Assembly: GCA_030704615.1 (NCBI GenBank)
Contig: CM060732.1
Location: forward strand, 77,252,001 to 77,316,000
Length of the DNA: 64,000 nt
Source of the DNA: Takakia lepidozioides
Taxonomy: Eukaryota > Plantae > Bryophyta
Direction: 5' to 3'
The position numbers and the translations under genes are program-made. Of this stretch, positions 58,300 through 64,000 are shown piece after piece; positions within the stretch are counted from its first letter, which is position 1, and every line of letters starts with the position of its first letter. A model generated the notes under the pieces. The model saw only the letters and a list, made by a program, of their open reading frames with translations. It ran no database searches and had not been told where the DNA came from.

Positions 58300-60870
58300 G
58301 GCTTACAGGAATTGCTTTGCCTTCAGTTTGAAGGACTTGGGAGCACTGAAGGGTCAAGAGATCCGTATTGAGTTGGCCACTGACACGCCAATCTTTCGGA
58401 GACCCTATAGATACAGTGACATGGAGAGGTCTTTGATTCAGATGAGGACTCAAGATCTCTGGGAGGCAGGTTTGGTGGAGCTCTCTGGTGGAGAGTATGC
58501 TTCAGCCACAGTGATGCCAGCCAAGAAGGATGTCTATGGCAATTGGACGGAGAGACGTATGTGCGGTGATTACCGGCCTGTAAATCGTCAGACCAAGTCC
58601 GATAAGTATGCCATGCCAACACCAGAGGAGATCTTTGATGCCATCGGGCATGCTAAGGCCTTTAGCACTTTGGATTTACGATCCGGATATCACCAGTTGC
58701 CAATCAAGGAGGCGGACAAGCAGAAGACGGCATTCTGGGGGATCAATGAGCACGGCAAGGATTGCCTATACCAGTGGCGGTTCTTACCATTTGGGCTTAA
58801 GAATGCTCCTGCAGAGTTTCAGAGAGTCATGGATAGGATTCTAGCAGGGGTGGACTTTACTCGGTGCTACATAGATGACATCATCATCTTTAGTGTTACG
58901 ATGGAGGAGCATGAGAGACACCTTCAGGTGGTATTGGAGCGCTTGAGAGCGCACGATTGAAGTTGCATCCGGGGAAGTGCAAGTTTTTCCACAACCAGAT
59001 TGAGTATCTGGGTCACATGATATATCCTGGAGGATTGGGGGTACAGCAAACTAAGTAGAGGCCATTGCACAAATTCCACGCCCCATGGATGTGAGCCGAG
59101 TTCGAGCTTTCATGGGGTTGGCAAACTATTATAGACGGTTTGTCAAGGGATTTAGTACCATTGCAAAGGCTCTAACCAAGCTGACCAAGGTGGACCAGGA
59201 GTGGCAGTGGGAAGATGAGCAGGAACGAGCTTTTCAAGAGCTCAAGGCGAGGTTGACCTCGGCGCCTATCTTGAGACGACCTATCAGGGGCGTCCTTTTC
59301 AGCTGCATACGGATTGGAGCATGCTGGGGCTTGGAGCGGTGCTCACACAGGTGGATGATGAGGGAAGAGAGTTCGTAGTGGCTTACGCTAGCCGCTCGAA
59401 CAACGCTGCAGAGGCTAAGTACAGCTCATATGAGGGAGAGTGCTTAGCTGCAGTGTGGGCCGTGGCACACTTCAGGTGCTATCTATACGGCAATCTTTTC
59501 ACCCTTGTCACGGATCACCAGCCACTCAAGTGGTTGATGGAGTCAGACAAGCTTACGGGGAAGCTTGCACGGTGGGCACTTATACTCCAAGAGTATGACT
59601 TTCAGGTTGTGCATCGACCGGGTTTGGTCAATCGGGATGCGGATGGATTGAGTCGCAATCCATGCATGAGCCAGCAGGATGACACTGGAGCTCGGTGGCA
59701 TGGTGAGACGGACGAGGAGATGGTGCCGGGATGGCACGCATCTGCATTTTTGTGTATCTTGGCATCGGGAGGTCATATTGGACCTACAACAGGGATGACT
59801 GTAGACGGAGTGTCTGAGGACCCTGAGGCTAGTGATGAGCTAGGTGGTACCAGAGATATACATGAGGATTCGGCTGTGTTGGACTACCTCCGCACGGGAG
59901 ACACGGCAGCCATTGTGACTGCCAGGGAGAGGGATCGGATCCTGCAACGAGCCAAGAGGTTCAAGTGGGAGGGGATACACCTACTTCGAGTGTGGGAGGA
60001 TGGTCGGGTGAGGATTGTGCCTCACCCCACACAGCGTGCACGGTTAGTGCGGCATGCCCATGAGGAGTTGGGGCATTTTGGAGTGCGACGCACTCACAGT
60101 TTACTGCAGGGGCAGTATTGGTGGCGTGGTATGCATACAGAGGTGCAACAGTTTGTGGCTAGGTGCATGGTGTGTGACAGGGTGCGTGCTTCATTCAACG
60201 CCCCTACACCACAGTTGCATCCTTTACCTATCATGGGATTGGGCTACAGGTGGAGTCTTGACTTCGCAGGACCGTTGCCACTGACTATGCGCCACCACAG
60301 ATATGTGTTGGTGATGGTGGAGCACTTCTCCAAGTGGATTGAGTTGGTTCCATTGCCTGACAAGGCTAGTGAGGGGGCTGCGTATGCATTCTTGGATCGT
60401 GTGCTTAGCCGATTTGGTGCTCCAGCTGAGGTACTCACGGACCAAGGGAGAGAGTTCTTGGGGGAGTTTCAGGCTTTGTGTGATAAAGCCTTGATAGACC
60501 ACCGCACCACTTCTCGGGATCATCCTGAGGCCGATGGCTTAGCAGAGAGAGTTGTTCAGACGGTGAAGAGGGGTTTGCGCAAGTATGGCTTGCAGAAGGG
60601 ACACCTAGGAGATTGGGATCTTCAGGTTCCTTGGTTAGCCATGGGCTACAGGTTCAGCAAACAAGCATCACTTGCCTCCTTCTCACCATATTTCCTTCTC
60701 TTTGGCCGAGAGCCGGATTTGCCTGCAGCCATTCGTAGGGACACTGCTCAAGTCCTTAACCTTGACGATCCGGACGTGTGGGTACGTGCATGTGATCAGC
60801 GTGCAGAGTTGTTCAAGAAAGTCATGCCCATGGTTTTGAGAACCTTGCCATTGCACAGCACCGTGATACG
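58300..60870 (+). pseudogene. RT, RNase H and integrase of the gypsy element
   Basis: RMCGDYRPVN, LDLRSGYHQ, PFGLKNAPAEFQR, YIDDII; VAYASR, TDHQPL; HEELGH...CMVC; SLDFAG, TDQGREF, GLAER. Confidence 0.95.
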
Positions 60871-61155
60871 TTGAGGTATGCCACTATACGTGGTGGAGGA
60901 TATCGTCCTGGGGTTCGGAGGTTTAGCCCTGGTGACTATATTTATTTGCAGCAGACTGCTCCTACGACTCTGGATGTTACTGCAGGGCGTGTTATTCTGA
61001 GGGTTCGAGAGGTGTTGCCCTCAGGGGTCCTGATCTTGGAGGGTCGGGATGGCATGACTTGGAAGGACCATGTGCGTAATTGTGCGCCATGTCACCTTCC
61101 CAATGTCGATGGCAGAGTTGACCCAAACTTAGCAGTGGTACCTGCAGGTTTGAGG

Positions 61156-61299
61156 TGCATGCTCTGTGGGTCTGCCAAAGGGGCAGCCACCATGCTGGTG
61201 TGTGATCGATGCTCAAGGGGTTGGCATATGGGATGCTTGACACCACCTCTTGAGAAGGTTCCTGACGGAGATTGGTTGTGTCCACACTGCTTGGGATAG
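61156..61299 (+). CDS. PHD finger at the integrase C-terminus
   Basis: CMLC...MLVCDRC...HMGC LTPPL..VPDGDWLCPHC = C4HC3, followed by a stop at 61297-61299. Confidence 0.92.
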   Translation, partial: CMLCGSAKGAATMLVCDRCSRGWHMGCLTPPLEKVPDGDWLCPHCLG

Positions 61300-61747
61300 T
61301 GGCAGTGGACATGACTGGAGGCAGCTAACAAGACATGGGAGGCCAAGCTCATAGGAGTCAATACATGAGATCCCAAGCTCAAGTTCACAGGTTGCAAGAC
61401 GGCGACTAACGATGGGGCAACTCTTGCACCCGACCTCTTGATCTATCGAGTTTGAGTGTAGTAGGGATAGTGGTGGAGGACTTAGTGAGGCTATGGTCAC
61501 TATCACATCTTGTGGCTACCTGGACTTAGAGGGACCTAAGCACCAGCTAGGGGGGCGATTGTGTGGACTAGTGACTGCCATAGTGGGCAGCGTAGTGGCA
61601 GCCTAGTGACTGACTAGTTGTAGCCTAGTGGTTGGACTAGTGGCTGGACTAGTGGTAGACTAGTGGTATACTAGTGTGTGGTGTGCACATGTGTTGTGTG
61701 GTTTTGGACAGCGATGTAGTTGTGTAGCGATATGTATGCGCACGACA

Positions 61748-62000
61748 AATCCCCTGTTGGAAACCTTCGAGAGATAATGCTACTTGTTTGGCAATTGACA
61801 TTTTTCTGCCTTTGATATTTTGCAAATCAGCAGACGGTCATTGCCAAGAATATCACGCAAATAATCAAACGTGGGTACTATAATTCTAAGCATTTTCCGA
61901 AATCTCTCCTCATCATAGTCTCTGCAAATTGATCTTACCAATGAATAGAACGGGGTTTGATGTACCACGGACCAAAAGATGACCCAAAAATCTGAACCTT
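61748..62000 (-). mobile_element. Harbinger transposase remnant, segment N-terminal to the gypsy insertion
   Basis: DEERFRKMLRI...TFDYLRDIL. Joined across a single AATC it reads ...TGDSFLTIDKMFGVADST. Confidence 0.75.
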
Positions 62001-62637
62001 GTACTTCAAATTGCCTTCAGTGATTGTTGAAATAAGCACATGTTTCTCTTCTTGAAGCACCGCTTGATTGCTTGTGATTCCAATTGTCTTGCTCGCTTTC
62101 GGGCTGCTACTGGAGTATGTAGCCGTATTATGCGATCACCAAACGTGGTGGCTGAAGCAAGTTGTAATGTAGTGGCCATTGCAGAAGTCTATGGAAACCA
62201 TTGTAGTGAAAGTCGACATCTCAAAGTTGAAATCCATAAATTTGGCTGTGTTGTGGAGGACGATCACATTCTGTACAACATGAAGATGTGCCTACAGACA
62301 CAATCAAGCGCAGGAAAATAAAGAAACTCGAGGGTGCGAGGAAGATTTTTTTTTTTGTCACACACGTGCAAAAGTGCCAAGTGGAATCCACTGGACGGGT
62401 TTAGTTCCACGATGGTGCATGGAAATGGGTGGGAATGGATGTGACAATGGATATGACCCGTGGTCAAACCCATTTTCCAGATGACGTCATGTAAGGGGAA
62501 TGGGTTTACATGGAAGGTAACCCTAAGCCCTGTCGCACGTTGAACTCATTCCTCTCTCCAATGGCATGCTCACCCTGATACTAGTGGCATGCTATCTTTA
62601 GATCTGGTGGGCCTAGGTCAGTTTGTAATATGGAAAA

Positions 62638-62747
62638 GCACATTTGGTGTTTCTAGGCTAGGATGGAAATGAAGTTGCTACTCACAACCGAACAACACAT
62701 GTGGCGTTTCCAGCCTACCATGGAAATGAAGTTGCTACTCACAACCA
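62638..62747. repeat. 57-bp tandem duplication
   Basis: atggaaatgaagttgctactcacaacc at 62663 and 62720. Confidence 0.8.
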
Positions 62748-64000
62748 GGCCAAATGACATGGCATGTTGTTGCTGTGGCAAACGGCAAGTTGGCTGCTTG
62801 GTGGCATTATTGCCTCAGCAAAAGACCCGCCCAGTTGACAGATGGCTGTGCTAAGCCAGGTTTTTTCTGGGGCAAGCTTGCTTGTTGGCATTAATGCAAA
62901 GACCCACCAAGTTTAGGGTTTCGTGCCTGTTTGGCGAGGCTCTGTTGGTCATGCCCCCAGCATGCTTGCAGCCATTTCGCCATGAATACTGATAGGTAGC
63001 AGTTTCCGGTGCTCTTTCGACCCATACAGGTACACTCAAATCACCTGTCCGCTTTCTCCATTTGGGCAAGAGGAAAACTGCCACCTGTCAATAATTACGT
63101 GACGGGCAGATTCGGACATTCTGCCCGTTCAAGACTGACGGGCTCGCCAAAATATACTCGCAGGCATCAGCTCACCATGTTCCATAGTATTTACCTGCAG
63201 CAATCCGCAGACAAATGTATGGGAGACATGAGATCCTCGAGCGGGAGAGTCGAAGCATGCAGAATGTTTTGAGCACACTCAGGCAGGTGGTCGAGGGTTA
63301 AGCAGGAATTGGACGCAGCTCGGACAAAACAGCATCAAACCTTTGAGAAATTACTTCATTTCTCTGTGCTGCCAGGCTTGCTGCCTATCGAGAGAGTTTG
63401 ATAGTTCGCACGGAGATTGAATACACGAGTTTTTGCTTTGGGTGTAGATTGATGCTTTTTCCTTGGACAAGAGGCATCTGAAGACAACAGCAGAGAATGT
63501 GTGTGAGTAGAGAATCTCGCTGCATGTGAAGAATATGTACCCAACACGTGGGTGGCGTCGGTTATATTGCACTGTGCAGCCTGGCCCCACCCTCAGTCCT
63601 TCCATCGCTCTTTCCTGTAATTCTTGGTTGCGTTGGCATGGGCATAAGTTTGATCGTCAACATCTGGCGGCTGCATGGTCGTGACAGTGGGCACCTACTA
63701 GAGTCTAACCACCTGGGACGTTGTCGTTGCAAGCAAATATTGTGACTAGCCACTGTGGTGTTGCCTCGATAGCCCACTTTCAGTGCACACGCCACACGTT
63801 TGGACCAGGACGAAGATCCTGCTGCGGAAACCCGCCACCAGACCATGACATACCAAAAAGCAAACATTTGGACGTTACATATAAATGAATACATTACGCT
63901 CACTCTGTGTGCTTGCCTGCTTTTGTGGAGGTTGAAGAGGTTACTAGTGAGGAGGTTCTAACTGTACTTGTAAGAGTTTCAGTGATGGAGCAATGAAGGC

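Larger units (their letters stand above)
50879..61747 (+). mobile_element. Ty3/gypsy retrotransposon: gag - protease - C5 DNA methyltransferase - RT - RNase H - integrase - PHD
   Basis: TGTC...GACA ends with AATC on both sides, gypsy domain order, and a polypurine tract aggggggcgat at ~61549. Coding region broken by frameshifts. Confidence 0.92.

Noticed and set aside
61590-61680. CRISPR-like short repeats (ctagtgg)
   Set aside because: No unique spacers of regular length, no cas genes, and a eukaryotic retroelement context.
62800-64000. Short ORFs at the window end
   Set aside because: No recognisable motifs or consistent exon structure.

Overview
Eukaryotic nuclear DNA, most likely from a seed-free land plant (inferred from PLS/DYW PPR genes, spliceosomal introns and plant-type enzymes; the species cannot be fixed from sequence alone). 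The first ~40 kb is gene-rich. It holds an intact PLS-E-DYW RNA-editing factor whose ORF is open past the window edge, a DENN-domain gene remnant, a plastid transaldolase, the molybdopterin synthase large subunit, ALDH7, an XS-like/coiled-coil/RING gene, a ZCF37-like gene, and a tandem LURP-like + RNA 3'-phosphate cyclase duplication in which each copy lost the opposite gene. From 41 to 46 kb is a decayed PPR cluster whose N-terminus is built from OSB-type 'PDF' ssDNA-binding motifs. From 46 to 62 kb is nested transposon debris. The standout is a ~10.9-kb Ty3/gypsy element (50879-61747, AATC target duplication, inserted in a Harbinger transposase). Its polyprotein carries a DNMT3-like C5 cytosine methyltransferase between protease and RT and a PHD finger on the integrase C-terminus. 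This copy is frameshifted. All family assignments come from motif recognition by eye, with no database searches.
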